A DNA stretch of 34,115 bases from Burkholderiales bacterium (GCA_050050435.1 JASFUE010000003.1:1-34115); one strand, 5' to 3'. Shown: positions 8,830 through 18,712, counted from the stretch's first letter. Translations and numbers: made by a program. Notes: a model not told the origin generated them from the sequence alone.

Positions 8830-10146
8830 ATGACTGAACTGTACAAACTGGGTTTACACGACGCGGCCAAAAAGATCCGCCAGGGAAAGCTCAAGCCGAG
8901 CACCTACATGCAAAGCCTGCTCGCGCGCATCGACGCGCTCGATGGCACGGTCAAGGCATGGCAGTGGCTGGATCGTGAGCGGGCGATGGAAGTGGCGCGC
9001 GCGGCCGATGCCGCGGCGACCCCATGGAAGGCGGCGCACCCGCTGCACGGTGTTGCCATCGGTGTAAAGGACAATTTCTACACTGCCGGCATTCCGACCG
9101 GGATGGGCTGCAGGCTCTATGTGAATTACGTGCCGGAGGAAACGGCAGACGTGGTGGTGCGCATGGAGCGTGCTGGTGCGCTGATGCTTGGCAAGACGGT
9201 CACCACTGAAGCGGCGTTCATGGTTGCGGCGAAGACAACCAATCCCTGGAATCCAGAACATACGCCGGGTGGCTCTTCGAGTGGATCTGCCGCCGCGGTG
9301 GCAGCCGGATTTGTCCCTGCAGCAATCGGCACGCAGACCAATGGTTCGGTGGTGCGCCCGGCCGCCTTCTGCGGCATTGTCGGGTACAAGCCCAGTCAGG
9401 GAATGCTCTCCGCGCGCGGCATCATGCCGTTTTCACCTTCGCTCGATCAACCTGGCGTGTTTGCGCGCAGTGTGGCTGATGCTGCGTTGCTCGCCTGGGC
9501 GCTGACCGCACGTCGCAGCAGCATTTCCCGGGATGCGCCAATGCTTAAAGGCGCGCCTCGACTGGCTGCAGTACGGTCGCCGGTATGGCATCTGGCGCAG
9601 TCCGAGCAACGCGCGCAGTTCGAGATCGACATTGCGCGCCTGCGCAAGGCCGGTGCAATGATCGATATTATCGAGATTCCGGGTGAATTCGATCGCGCTC
9701 ACAAGGTGCATCGCACGATCATGCTATTCGAGGCGGCGCGCGCTTCGCGCAAGGTACGCGAACACTACCGGGAGTACTTTTCCGATTATCTCAACAAGGC
9801 TCTGGAAGAAGGCGACGGGATCGCCGATTCCGATTACCGCGATGCCCTGAAAATGCGCACTCAGCTACAGCACTCCTTTGCCGCATTTATTGACCGCGGC
9901 TATTCGGCGATCATCACGCCGCCAGCACCTGGGGAAGCGCCGGGTCGCCTCGATGTTACCGGTGATCCGAGTTTCTGCTCAATCTGGACCTTGATGGGAA
10001 CGCCTGCGATCACCATTCCTACGGGCAAAGGACCGAACGGATTGCCCTTGGGGCTGCAGTTGGTGGGTGCTGTTGACGAAGAAAATTATCTACTCTCCAC
10101 CGCCGCCTGGTGTGAGCGTTATTCGCCCTTCAAATCGCTGATCTAG
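8830..10146 (+). CDS. Amidase-signature family amidase (GatA-like, substrate unknown)
   Basis: GVKDNF (Lys), PGGSSSGSAAAVAAG and GTQTNGSVVRPA (Ser-cisSer-Lys triad region). No gatC or gatB nearby. Confidence 0.9.
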   Translation: MTELYKLGLHDAAKKIRQGKLKPSTYMQSLLARIDALDGTVKAWQWLDRERAMEVARAADAAATPWKAAHPLHGVAIGVKDNFYTAGIPTGMGCRLYVNYVPEETADVVVRMERAGALMLGKTVTTEAAFMVAAKTTNPWNPEHTPGGSSSGSAAAVAAGFVPAAIGTQTNGSVVRPAAFCGIVGYKPSQGMLSARGIMPFSPSLDQPGVFARSVADAALLAWALTARRSSISRDAPMLKGAPRLAAVRSPVWHLAQSEQRAQFEIDIARLRKAGAMIDIIEIPGEFDRAHKVHRTIMLFEAARASRKVREHYREYFSDYLNKALEEGDGIADSDYRDALKMRTQLQHSFAAFIDRGYSAIITPPAPGEAPGRLDVTGDPSFCSIWTLMGTPAITIPTGKGPNGLPLGLQLVGAVDEENYLLSTAAWCERYSPFKSLI

Positions 10147-10308
10147 TGCTCTTCGCGGTGGCTTGTGTCACTGGCGGCGTGGCTTGCTGTGTCCTTCCGT
10201 GAGTTGGTCGGTCGTTCCTGTCCGGATGGCTAGCCGGCATTGCGTCGGCCGTCGCGCCATGGCGGGAATCTTGCGTTTCGACGCTTTGTCTGATCTTGAA
10301 CATCATTC

Positions 10309-11388
10309 ATGACGGTTCTGCAATTCATCCTTGGTTTGATCGCCCTGACTGGGGGCGCAGAGATGCTCGTGCGCGGCGCGTCGCGCATCGCTGCCGCGCT
10401 GGGAATTGCGCCGCTTGTAGTCGGCCTGACCGTTGTTGCATTGGGTACCAGTTCACCCGAGCTGGCTGTTGGTGTTGGCGCGGCATGGCAGGGACAGGCT
10501 GACATTGCTGTGGGCAATGTGGTCGGCAGCAACATATTCAACATTCTGCTCATCCTGGGCCTGTCTGCCCTGATCGTGCCATTGACGGTTGCCCAACAAC
10601 TGGTGCGCATCGATGTGCCCCTGTTGATCTGTTGTTCGCTGGTACTGCTCGTCCTCGCGCGGGATGGTGAGGTCAGCCGGGCCGACGGAATGCTGCTTTG
10701 CCTGGGCATTGTTGCCTATACGTCGTTTCTTGTCTGGCAGGCTCGGCGCGAGCGCGATCCGGCAGTTGTTGCCGAGTATGCCGGCCACTATTCCGGTGGG
10801 TCGGCCAGGCGCTGGCTGATCAATGCCGGCCTGATCGCATTCGGTCTGGTGCTGCTGGTGCTGGGCGCGAACTGGATGGTCGATTCGGCGGTGGCCTTTG
10901 CCCGTCATCTGGGGATTAGCGAACTGATCATCGGCCTGACCGTGGTCTCGATCGGAACCTCCCTGCCCGAAGTGGCTGCATCGGTGGTTGCTGCAATGAA
11001 GGGTGAGCGCGACATCGCAGTGGGCAATGCGGTGGGTAGTTCCATCTACAACATTTTGCTGGTGCTCGGCATGACTGCAGTGGTGGCACCGGACGGAGTT
11101 GCTGTTGCGCAATCCGTGCTCCATTTCGATCTGCCGGTGATGATTGCGGTTGCGGTGGCGTGTCTGCCGATCTTCTTTACCGGGTATCGAATTGATCGTT
11201 GGGAGGGAGCGGTATTTCTTGGTTACTACCTGAGCTATATGGCTTATCTGATCCTGCAGGCAACGGCTCATGATCTCCTTGAGCCGTTCAACGATGCGAT
11301 GATGTTTTTTGTCATTCCGCTGACACTGCTCACGTTTGCGATCCTGATTGCACGCTCCATGCGCAAGCCCCGCAATGCGCAGCAATGA
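10309..11388 (+). CDS. yrbG: Calcium/sodium antiporter (CaCA family)
   Basis: Two alpha repeats, GTSSPEL...GNVVGSNIFN and GTSLPEV...GNAVGSSIYN. Confidence 0.92.
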   Translation: MTVLQFILGLIALTGGAEMLVRGASRIAAALGIAPLVVGLTVVALGTSSPELAVGVGAAWQGQADIAVGNVVGSNIFNILLILGLSALIVPLTVAQQLVRIDVPLLICCSLVLLVLARDGEVSRADGMLLCLGIVAYTSFLVWQARRERDPAVVAEYAGHYSGGSARRWLINAGLIAFGLVLLVLGANWMVDSAVAFARHLGISELIIGLTVVSIGTSLPEVAASVVAAMKGERDIAVGNAVGSSIYNILLVLGMTAVVAPDGVAVAQSVLHFDLPVMIAVAVACLPIFFTGYRIDRWEGAVFLGYYLSYMAYLILQATAHDLLEPFNDAMMFFVIPLTLLTFAILIARSMRKPRNAQQ

Positions 11389-11468
11389 TCCCAGCGCGCA
11401 TCGCCACGGCTCGCAGCGATAACACTACCGGCGCCGCGGCGATCCAGTCGCTCTTGTTACAAGCACAC

Positions 11469-11516
11469 TTGATCGAGACCGGTCTCGATTGGAACCGGCC
11501 TTGCTTGGAACTGGCC
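11469..11516. repeat. Three 16-bp degenerate tandem repeats containing an 18-bp perfect palindrome
   Basis: Units are ttgatcgagaccggtc / tcgattggaaccggcc / ttgcttggaactggcc. Palindrome atcgagaccggtctcgat at 11472-11489. TACAAT follows at 11522-11527. Confidence 0.7.
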
Positions 11517-11571
11517 TCGGTTACAATGCAGACCTTGTGAGGCCGTTCGACGTATTCCGGCACGTACTTCA

Positions 11572-14500
11572 TTGCAGCAAGCTCGCACAATCGACCCCAC
11601 CAAAATTGCGCAGACCATAGAGCGTAGTTTGATACGCGACCGTTATCGCCTGCGCCGCCGCCTGAAAGAAGCGTCCAGCGATAAGGAACGCACCGCGGTG
11701 CAAACTGCGGCGCAGAAATCAATGCAACGCGCCGAGCAGCGTCGGCAACGGCTTCCGCGCATCAGCTATCCTGACCAACTGCCGATCAGTGGCAAGCGTG
11801 ATGAAATTGCGCGCGCAATCGAAAACAATCAAGTGGTTATTGTCTGCGGCGAGACCGGCTCCGGAAAGACAACCCAGTTGCCGAAAATTTGCCTCGAACT
11901 CGGCCGCGGTGTGTTTGGACAGATCGGCCATACCCAACCGCGGCGCATTGCTGCGCGCTCGGTCGCCAATCGTATCTCACAGGAGTTGGGCACGACACTG
12001 GGACATGCGATCGGATTCCAGGTTCGGTTTACCGACAAGTCCAGTCCGGACAATCTGGTCAAGCTCATGACCGACGGTATTCTGCTTGCAGAAACGCAGT
12101 CCGACCGTTTCCTCAATGCCTACGACACGCTGATTATCGACGAGGCGCACGAGCGCAGCCTCAATGTCGATTTTCTGCTTGGCTATATCAAACAGCTTCT
12201 GCCAAAACGCCCCGACATGAAGCTGATCATTACATCCGCCACCATCGATGCGGAAAAGTTTTCCCGGCATTTCGGCGATGCTCCGGTGATCGAGGTTTCC
12301 GGCCGATTGTATCCGGTCGATCTCGTGTATCGGCCGTTTGACGAAGACGATGAGGATGCGCACGACATTGATTTGCCCGAGGCCGTGGTCAACGCGCTCG
12401 ACGAGATTGGCATGATGGGCAGCAGTGGCGACGTGCTGGTGTTCCTGCCGGGTGAGCGCGAAATTCGTGAATGTGCTGAAGCATTGCGCAAGCATCCGAT
12501 GCATGGCCACGGCTCCGGGCGTTGGGAGATCCTGCCGCTGTACGCCCGCCTGTCGGCAAAGGAGCAGGAGAGAGTGTTCGCCTCCGGCGGGCCGCGGCGC
12601 ATCGTGCTTGCGACCAATGTCGCCGAAACATCGCTGACGGTGCCGGGTATTCGCTATGTGATCGATTCGGGTCTGGCACGTATCAATCGTTACAGCTTTC
12701 GCAACAAGGTCGAAATGCTTCAGGTCGAAAAGATCTCGCGCGCTTCGGCCAATCAGCGGGCCGGGCGTTGCGGCCGTGTCATGAACGGCGTGTGCATCCG
12801 TCTGTACAGCGAGGACGACTTTGACGCGCGCCCGGAGTTTACCGATCCGGAAATCCTGCGTTCGTCACTGGCATCGGTGATCCTGCGTATGCAGGCCTTG
12901 CGCCTGGGCGAAGTCGCCGACTTTCCGTTTGTCGATGCGCCGGCTGCCAAGGCAATCGCCGATGGCTATCAGCTTCTGGTCGAATTGGCGGCAGTGAGCG
13001 ACAAACACAGACTGACAGCAGTCGGAAAACAGCTGGCAAAACTGCCGATCGATCCGCGTATTGCCCGCATGATTGTCGCGGCAAAGGAATTTGGCTGCCT
13101 CGCGGAAATTCTCGTGATCGCTTCGGGATTGTCTGTGCAGGATCCGCGGGAGCGGCCGATCGACAAGCAGGAAGCGGTCAACCAGGCTCACAGCGAATTC
13201 AACGACGAACGTTCGGATTTTCTCGGCTACGTACAGATGTGGAACTGGTTCGAGGAGGCCATTCGCCACAAGCAGTCCAATCGCAAGTTGGTGCAGGAGT
13301 GCCATACGCGCTTTCTGTCCTATCTGCGCCTGCGCGAATGGCGTGAGTTGCATGGCCAGCTGGCTTCGCTGGCCGCTGACATGGGCTGGCGACCCAATGA
13401 AAAGCCGGCGCGCTATGAAGAAGTCCATCGCGCCTTGTTGTCGGGCCTGCTTGGCAACATCGGCTTCAAGTCCGATGACGCCGGTACTTACCTCGGTGCC
13501 CGCGGCATCAAGTACGTGGTGCACCCGGGATCAGGTCTGAAAAAACGCAAGCCGAAATGGTTGATGGCAGCGGAGCTGACCGAAACAACACGCCTGTTTG
13601 CCCGTTGCGTCGCACAGGTCGAAGCGGAATGGATCGAGAAACTCGGCGCACATGTTGCCAAAAGCAATTATCGTGATCCGCGCTGGTCGCGCGACGCCGG
13701 CAACGTTGTGGCGACCGAGCAGGTCACGGTGTACGGATTGATCGTGGTGCCGAGACGGCAGGTCCTGTTCGGTCCGGTCGACCCGGTGCTGGCTCGGGAG
13801 CTGTTTATCCGCGGCGCGTTGGTGGCTGGCGATGTGAATTCGCGGGCGCCATTCCTCAAACACAATCGCAAGCTGATCGAGCAGGTCAGCGATCTCGAAC
13901 ACAAGTCGCGTCGCCACGATGTGCTGGTTGATGAGTCGGCCATGTTCGATTTCTTCGACGAGCGGGTGCCGCAGGACATCTGGTGCTGGGTCGATTTTGA
14001 AAAATGGCGGCGTGAGGCCGAACGAAGCGACCCGCAATTGCTGTTTCTGAAGCGCGCCGACCTCATGCGTCATTCCGCCGAGCAGGTGACAGTCGACTTG
14101 TATCCGGACAGTATCGAACTGGCCGGATACCGTCTGTCTCTCTCGTACCGTTTCGAACCGGGCCATGTCATGGACGGGGTGACCATGACCGTGCCGCTGG
14201 CGGCACTGAACCAGATCGATGAACGCCGTTGCGAATGGCTGGTGCCCGGATTGTTGCGCGACAAGATCACGGAGTTGATTCGCGGACTGCCCAAGGGGGT
14301 ACGCAAACATTTCGTGCCGGTGCCACAAGTGGTCACGAAGGTCCTCGGTCCGGTTGAGGCCGCAGTGAGAAGATCCGAGCCGCGCTCACTGGTACAGGTG
14401 CTGGCGCAGGCGCTCCACAGTCTGACCGGAGTCGAGGTGTCACAGGAGGCGCTCGATGCTGTCGAGTTGCCGCCTTATCTGCAAATGAATTTTCGGGTGG

Positions 14501-15519
14501 TTGGCGATCAGGGTGAGGAAATCGCCATGGGCCGTGACCTGGTGCGTTTGCGAAGCGAGCTCGGCGTCAAGGCATTGCGCAGTTTTACCGAGACCGCGGC
14601 GACGCAATTCGAGCGCAAGGGTTTGCGGCGCTGGGATTTCGATGAACTGCCCGAGATCATGGAAGTCGAGCGCGCCGGCGCACGGGTCACGGGTTTTCCG
14701 GCGATCGTAGACGAACGCGATTCGGTTGCCCTGACTCTGGTCGATACCGAAGTCGAGGCGCAACGCGCAACCCGTGCAGGGTTGCGGCGGCTGTTTCGCC
14801 TTTCGCTACCCGAACAGTTCAAATACCTGTCACGCAATCTGCCGGGATTGACGGAAATGTCGCTTCGCTACGCGCTGCTGCTTGAAGACCAGGGTGTACG
14901 TGGAGACAAGGCATCGGTGAGCGAGCGGTTGCGCGAGGAGTTGATCGAGGCGACCTGTGATCGTGCCTTCTTCGTCGATACCGGCGCGGACGATTCCGGG
15001 CCAGTGCGTGAGCGCAAGGTCTTTGAGGCGCGCGTGAGCCGGGGCAAGGTGCGGCTGGTCGAGGTGGCCAACGAACTGTGCCGCCTCACCGCTGATATCC
15101 TCACCCAGTATTCGGCGCTGCGCACGCGCCTGAACGAAGCGCGGTTCGCGGCCTGGCCGCGTGCCGTTGCCGACATTCGCAGCCATCTCGCAACGCTGCT
15201 TGGGCAGGGGTTTATCGTTGCAACGCCATTCGAGCGCTTGCGCCACTACCCGCGTTATCTGCGTGCCGCCGGCATGCGGCTGGACAAGCTTGCCTCCAAT
15301 CCCGACCGGGACGCCAACTGGCAACAACAGTTGACGCGTTTCTGGCAGATGTACACCACGCGTGTGGAACAAGACCGGTTGCGCGGAGTCAGTGATCCAA
15401 AAGTGGAGGAGTTTCGCTGGATGCTGGAGGAACTGCGTGTGTCCCTGTGGGCGCAGCAACTGAAGACGCCGTACCCGGTTTCGTTCAAGAGGCTTGAACG
15501 CTACTGGACGGAGTTGTAG
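11572..15519 (+). CDS. hrpA: ATP-dependent RNA helicase HrpA (DEAH box)
   Basis: GETGSGKTT, TQPRRIAA, DEAHER, SAT and QRAGRCGR motifs, HA2 region, and the C-terminal RWMLEELRVSLWAQ motif. The TTG start is uncertain. Confidence 0.96.
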   Translation: MQQARTIDPTKIAQTIERSLIRDRYRLRRRLKEASSDKERTAVQTAAQKSMQRAEQRRQRLPRISYPDQLPISGKRDEIARAIENNQVVIVCGETGSGKTTQLPKICLELGRGVFGQIGHTQPRRIAARSVANRISQELGTTLGHAIGFQVRFTDKSSPDNLVKLMTDGILLAETQSDRFLNAYDTLIIDEAHERSLNVDFLLGYIKQLLPKRPDMKLIITSATIDAEKFSRHFGDAPVIEVSGRLYPVDLVYRPFDEDDEDAHDIDLPEAVVNALDEIGMMGSSGDVLVFLPGEREIRECAEALRKHPMHGHGSGRWEILPLYARLSAKEQERVFASGGPRRIVLATNVAETSLTVPGIRYVIDSGLARINRYSFRNKVEMLQVEKISRASANQRAGRCGRVMNGVCIRLYSEDDFDARPEFTDPEILRSSLASVILRMQALRLGEVADFPFVDAPAAKAIADGYQLLVELAAVSDKHRLTAVGKQLAKLPIDPRIARMIVAAKEFGCLAEILVIASGLSVQDPRERPIDKQEAVNQAHSEFNDERSDFLGYVQMWNWFEEAIRHKQSNRKLVQECHTRFLSYLRLREWRELHGQLASLAADMGWRPNEKPARYEEVHRALLSGLLGNIGFKSDDAGTYLGARGIKYVVHPGSGLKKRKPKWLMAAELTETTRLFARCVAQVEAEWIEKLGAHVAKSNYRDPRWSRDAGNVVATEQVTVYGLIVVPRRQVLFGPVDPVLARELFIRGALVAGDVNSRAPFLKHNRKLIEQVSDLEHKSRRHDVLVDESAMFDFFDERVPQDIWCWVDFEKWRREAERSDPQLLFLKRADLMRHSAEQVTVDLYPDSIELAGYRLSLSYRFEPGHVMDGVTMTVPLAALNQIDERRCEWLVPGLLRDKITELIRGLPKGVRKHFVPVPQVVTKVLGPVEAAVRRSEPRSLVQVLAQALHSLTGVEVSQEALDAVELPPYLQMNFRVVGDQGEEIAMGRDLVRLRSELGVKALRSFTETAATQFERKGLRRWDFDELPEIMEVERAGARVTGFPAIVDERDSVALTLVDTEVEAQRATRAGLRRLFRLSLPEQFKYLSRNLPGLTEMSLRYALLLEDQGVRGDKASVSERLREELIEATCDRAFFVDTGADDSGPVRERKVFEARVSRGKVRLVEVANELCRLTADILTQYSALRTRLNEARFAAWPRAVADIRSHLATLLGQGFIVATPFERLRHYPRYLRAAGMRLDKLASNPDRDANWQQQLTRFWQMYTTRVEQDRLRGVSDPKVEEFRWMLEELRVSLWAQQLKTPYPVSFKRLERYWTEL

Positions 15520-15573
15520 AAATGGCGGCCTGCAATGGCCCGTTTCTTGATTGCTCTGCCAGCTAATTCCTGA

Positions 15574-16362
15574 TTGACGGATTTGCGCATGTCTGAAGCC
15601 AGAAATATGTTCTGGAAGAGCCGGCTTCGTGCCAGTGGCATCCATTTGTGCATCAGCCTCGGGGTGGCCGTGCTGGCCGCGCTGCTGGTCTTCCTTGTCT
15701 GGTATCCCTACCCGTACCGCGAGATCTCCGGTGGCCGGGACCTGTTTTTCATTCTGGTTTCGGTCGACGTGGTGCTGGGACCGCTTATTACGCTGACCGT
15801 CTTCAACCCGACCAAACCGCGCCGCGAACTGGTACGCGATCTGTCCATCGTCGGCCTGATTCAGCTCAGCGCCCTCGGATACGGCTTGTGGACGGTATTC
15901 GAAGCGCGGCCGGTACATCTGGCGTTTGAAATAGACCGGTTCCGTGTCGTCCACGCGATCGACGTCGAGCCCGAGATGCTGGCCAAGGCGCCTGAGGGAT
16001 TGCGTTCGCTGCCGTTGTTTGGCCAGACGCCTGTCGCAGTGCGTCCCTTCAGGGATGCGAGGGAAAAGTATGAGGCCACCGTGGCCGCCTTGCAGGGCGT
16101 GCAAATGGGCTTCCGTCCCGACCTGTGGCAGCCCTACGCCGATGCGCGCATGCGCGTGTTGCTCGCCGCTAGCCCGCTGGCAAGGCTCAGGCAACGATTT
16201 CCTGACAAGACCGGGCTGATTGACGAGGCGATTGCGCAAACCGGCAAAGCGGAGGCTTCACTGGTTTCGATGCCGATGGTGGGCCGGGACAAGTTCTGGA
16301 CGGTGTTGCTGGATTCATCCACCGCTGAGGTCGTCGGGTTCATTCCGCTCGACTCGTTCTGA
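15574..16362 (+). CDS. tfpZ: TfpX/TfpZ (FimB-like) type IV pilin accessory protein
   Basis: N-terminal HLCISL...VWYPYPY...GG...VDVVLGPLITLTVFNPTK...DLSIVGLIQLSALGYG...ARPV pattern with three TM segments. The start could be ATG 15589 or 15607. Confidence 0.82.
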   Translation: MTDLRMSEARNMFWKSRLRASGIHLCISLGVAVLAALLVFLVWYPYPYREISGGRDLFFILVSVDVVLGPLITLTVFNPTKPRRELVRDLSIVGLIQLSALGYGLWTVFEARPVHLAFEIDRFRVVHAIDVEPEMLAKAPEGLRSLPLFGQTPVAVRPFRDAREKYEATVAALQGVQMGFRPDLWQPYADARMRVLLAASPLARLRQRFPDKTGLIDEAIAQTGKAEASLVSMPMVGRDKFWTVLLDSSTAEVVGFIPLDSF

Positions 16363-16554
16363 TTTTTTCCGGAGACGTCGCTGCGTGCAGTCTGACACTG
16401 CACGTAACCTGGTTTGCGATAATGCCTGCACAGTGGCGGACCCGGCTACCGGCCGAGTCCTGAGTTCTTCCGGGACACCTGCTAACATCCTGAACTACGG
16501 GCATCGAAACGACGATGCCTGACGTGGCGCTGGCCGCAATCTACGGAAATCTTC

Positions 16555-18708
16555 ATGGAAAAATCGTTCGCAAGCGAAATCGAGCTACTGCGCCTCGGTA
16601 ATGGAGAGACCTTTCACGGCGAAGGGATACTCGCAATTACCAAAGCCTTGCTGCAATCAGGCGTGTCTTATGTCGGAGGCTATCAGGGCGCACCGGTATC
16701 GCATCTGCTCGACGTCATGGTGCAGTCGGCCGATTATATGGACGAGCTGGGCGTGCACGTGGAAGCCTGTTCCAATGAAGCTTCTGCCGCGGCGATGCTG
16801 GGTGCGTCGATACACTATCCGATCCGCGGCGCCGTGACGTGGAAGTCCATCGTCGGTACCAACGTTGCTGCCGATGCACTGTCGAATCTGTCGTCTCCGG
16901 GCGTAAAGGGTGGCGCGCTGATCGTCGTTGGCGAGGATTACGGTGAAGGCGCCAGCGTCATTCAGGAGCGCACGCATGCCTATGCATTGAAGTCGACCAT
17001 GCTGATGCTCGATCCGCGCCCGGATCTGGCGAACATGGTGCGTATGGTCGAACACGGTTTCCGGCTTTCCGAAACGTCCAACATGCCGGCGATTCTGGAA
17101 TTGCGCATTCGCACCTGTCACGTGCGCGGCAGTTTTGAATGCAGGGACAATCTGGCGCCGGCAATTTCGACGCGACATTTGTTGGAACAACCCGCGGAGT
17201 TTGATTACACCCGGCTGGCTCATCCGCCGGTGACGTTTCGTCACGAGAAGCTGAAAACAGAACAACGCGTACCGGCGGCTCGCGCCTATATCGCTGAACA
17301 CAAACTCAATGAACTGTTTGCGGGCCGGCGCGATGACATCGGCCTGATCGTGCAGGGTGGGTTGTACAACTCGCTTATCCGGGCACTGCAGATGTACGGG
17401 CTTGCCGATGCCTTCGGCGACTCCGAGCTGCCGATACTCGCGCTGAACGTAACCTTTCCGTTGGTGCCTGAAGAAATCGCCGGGTTCTGCCTGGGAAAGC
17501 GCGCCGTGCTGGTGCTCGAGGAAGGCCAACCCGATTTCATCGAGCAGGACATCCTGACGATGCTGCGCCGGCGCGACATCAACACGCCGGTACACGGCAA
17601 GGACATGTTGAGCGAGGCGGGCGAATACACCGTGGAAGTCATGTCGGCAGGACTGGAACTATTCTGCGCGCGTTACCTGCCCGATATCGATATTGCCGAA
17701 GGCAAGGCCTGGCGGGCCGGCAACAATTCCCGGCGTGCCGAAGTTGCGGCAAAACTTGCTGCACCGTTACCGGCGCGCCCGCCCGCATTCTGTATTGGTT
17801 GCCCGGAGCGGCCGGTGTTCGCCGCGCTCAAACTGGCGCAGCGCGACGCCGGACCCGTGCACATTGCGGCAGATATCGGCTGCCACTCATTTGGTACCTT
17901 CGAACCGTTCTCCTTCGGACATTCGATTCTCGGTTATGGCATGAGCCTGGCAAGCCGTGCCGGCGTCTCGCCGATGATGAACCGGCGCGTGCTCGCCGTC
18001 ATGGGCGACGGCGGTTTCTGGCACAACGGTTTGCTCACCGGAGTGCAGTCGGCACTGTTCAACGGCGACGATGCGGTGCTGGTAATTTTCAAGAACGGTT
18101 ACACCTCGGCAACCGGAACCCAGGAAATCATTTCCACGCCGGACGAAGAGGTGAGGGCGAGCGCGCCGCGCAAGAACCAGAGCCTGGTCGATCGCAATAC
18201 CACCATAGAGAAAACACTCGAAGGCCTCGGCGTGCAGTGGATGCGCACGGTGCACACCTACCATGTGGAAAAGGTGCGCAAGGTTTTCGACGAGGCGTTT
18301 ACCAGTGACTTCAATGGTCTCAAGGTCATCGTCGCCGAGGGCGAATGCCAGCTCGAACGCCAACGGCGCATCCGGCCGTGGCTGGCCGGGCTGCTTCGCG
18401 CGGGAAAACGCGTTGAACGTGTCAGATACGGCGTCGATGATGACGTGTGTACCGGAGATCATGCATGCATCCGCTTGTCCGGCTGTCCAACACTGACACT
18501 GAAAGACAATCCTGATCCGCTCAAGGTCGATCCCGTGGCAACGGTGATTGACGGCTGCGTTGGTTGCGGGTTGTGCGGCGAAAATGCCCACGCCGCCACG
18601 CTGTGCCCATCGTTTTACCGGGTGGAAATCATTCGCAACCCGAAGTGGCACGAGCGCGTGGTCGACGGTATGCGTGCCGGTATGCTGCGTTTGCTCGGGT
18701 CAGCGTGA
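16555..18708 (+). CDS. iorA: Indolepyruvate:ferredoxin oxidoreductase alpha subunit (TPP-dependent, C-terminal ferredoxin-like domain)
   Basis: GYQGAP, RPPAFCIGCPER, DIGCH and TPP motif GDGGFWHNG...N; Fe-S motifs CTGDHACIRLSGCP and CVGCGLC. Confidence 0.93.
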   Translation: MEKSFASEIELLRLGNGETFHGEGILAITKALLQSGVSYVGGYQGAPVSHLLDVMVQSADYMDELGVHVEACSNEASAAAMLGASIHYPIRGAVTWKSIVGTNVAADALSNLSSPGVKGGALIVVGEDYGEGASVIQERTHAYALKSTMLMLDPRPDLANMVRMVEHGFRLSETSNMPAILELRIRTCHVRGSFECRDNLAPAISTRHLLEQPAEFDYTRLAHPPVTFRHEKLKTEQRVPAARAYIAEHKLNELFAGRRDDIGLIVQGGLYNSLIRALQMYGLADAFGDSELPILALNVTFPLVPEEIAGFCLGKRAVLVLEEGQPDFIEQDILTMLRRRDINTPVHGKDMLSEAGEYTVEVMSAGLELFCARYLPDIDIAEGKAWRAGNNSRRAEVAAKLAAPLPARPPAFCIGCPERPVFAALKLAQRDAGPVHIAADIGCHSFGTFEPFSFGHSILGYGMSLASRAGVSPMMNRRVLAVMGDGGFWHNGLLTGVQSALFNGDDAVLVIFKNGYTSATGTQEIISTPDEEVRASAPRKNQSLVDRNTTIEKTLEGLGVQWMRTVHTYHVEKVRKVFDEAFTSDFNGLKVIVAEGECQLERQRRIRPWLAGLLRAGKRVERVRYGVDDDVCTGDHACIRLSGCPTLTLKDNPDPLKVDPVATVIDGCVGCGLCGENAHAATLCPSFYRVEIIRNPKWHERVVDGMRAGMLRLLGSA

Positions 18709-18712
18709 GCAG

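Noticed and set aside
8830-10146. gatA (Glu-tRNA amidotransferase subunit A)
   Set aside because: No gatC or gatB is adjacent, and it has GTQTNGS rather than the GSDTGGS typical of GatA. It is treated as a general amidase.
15518-15548. hrpA intrinsic terminator
   Set aside because: The hairpin is imperfect and bulged with only a minimal U-tract, too weak to call.
14830-16239. Long antisense ORFs (469 aa here; also 4431-5363, 10453-11385, 16657-17595 and 33617-34114)
   Set aside because: These are shadow frames opposite well-supported genes. They are expected at high GC and show no recognisable motifs.
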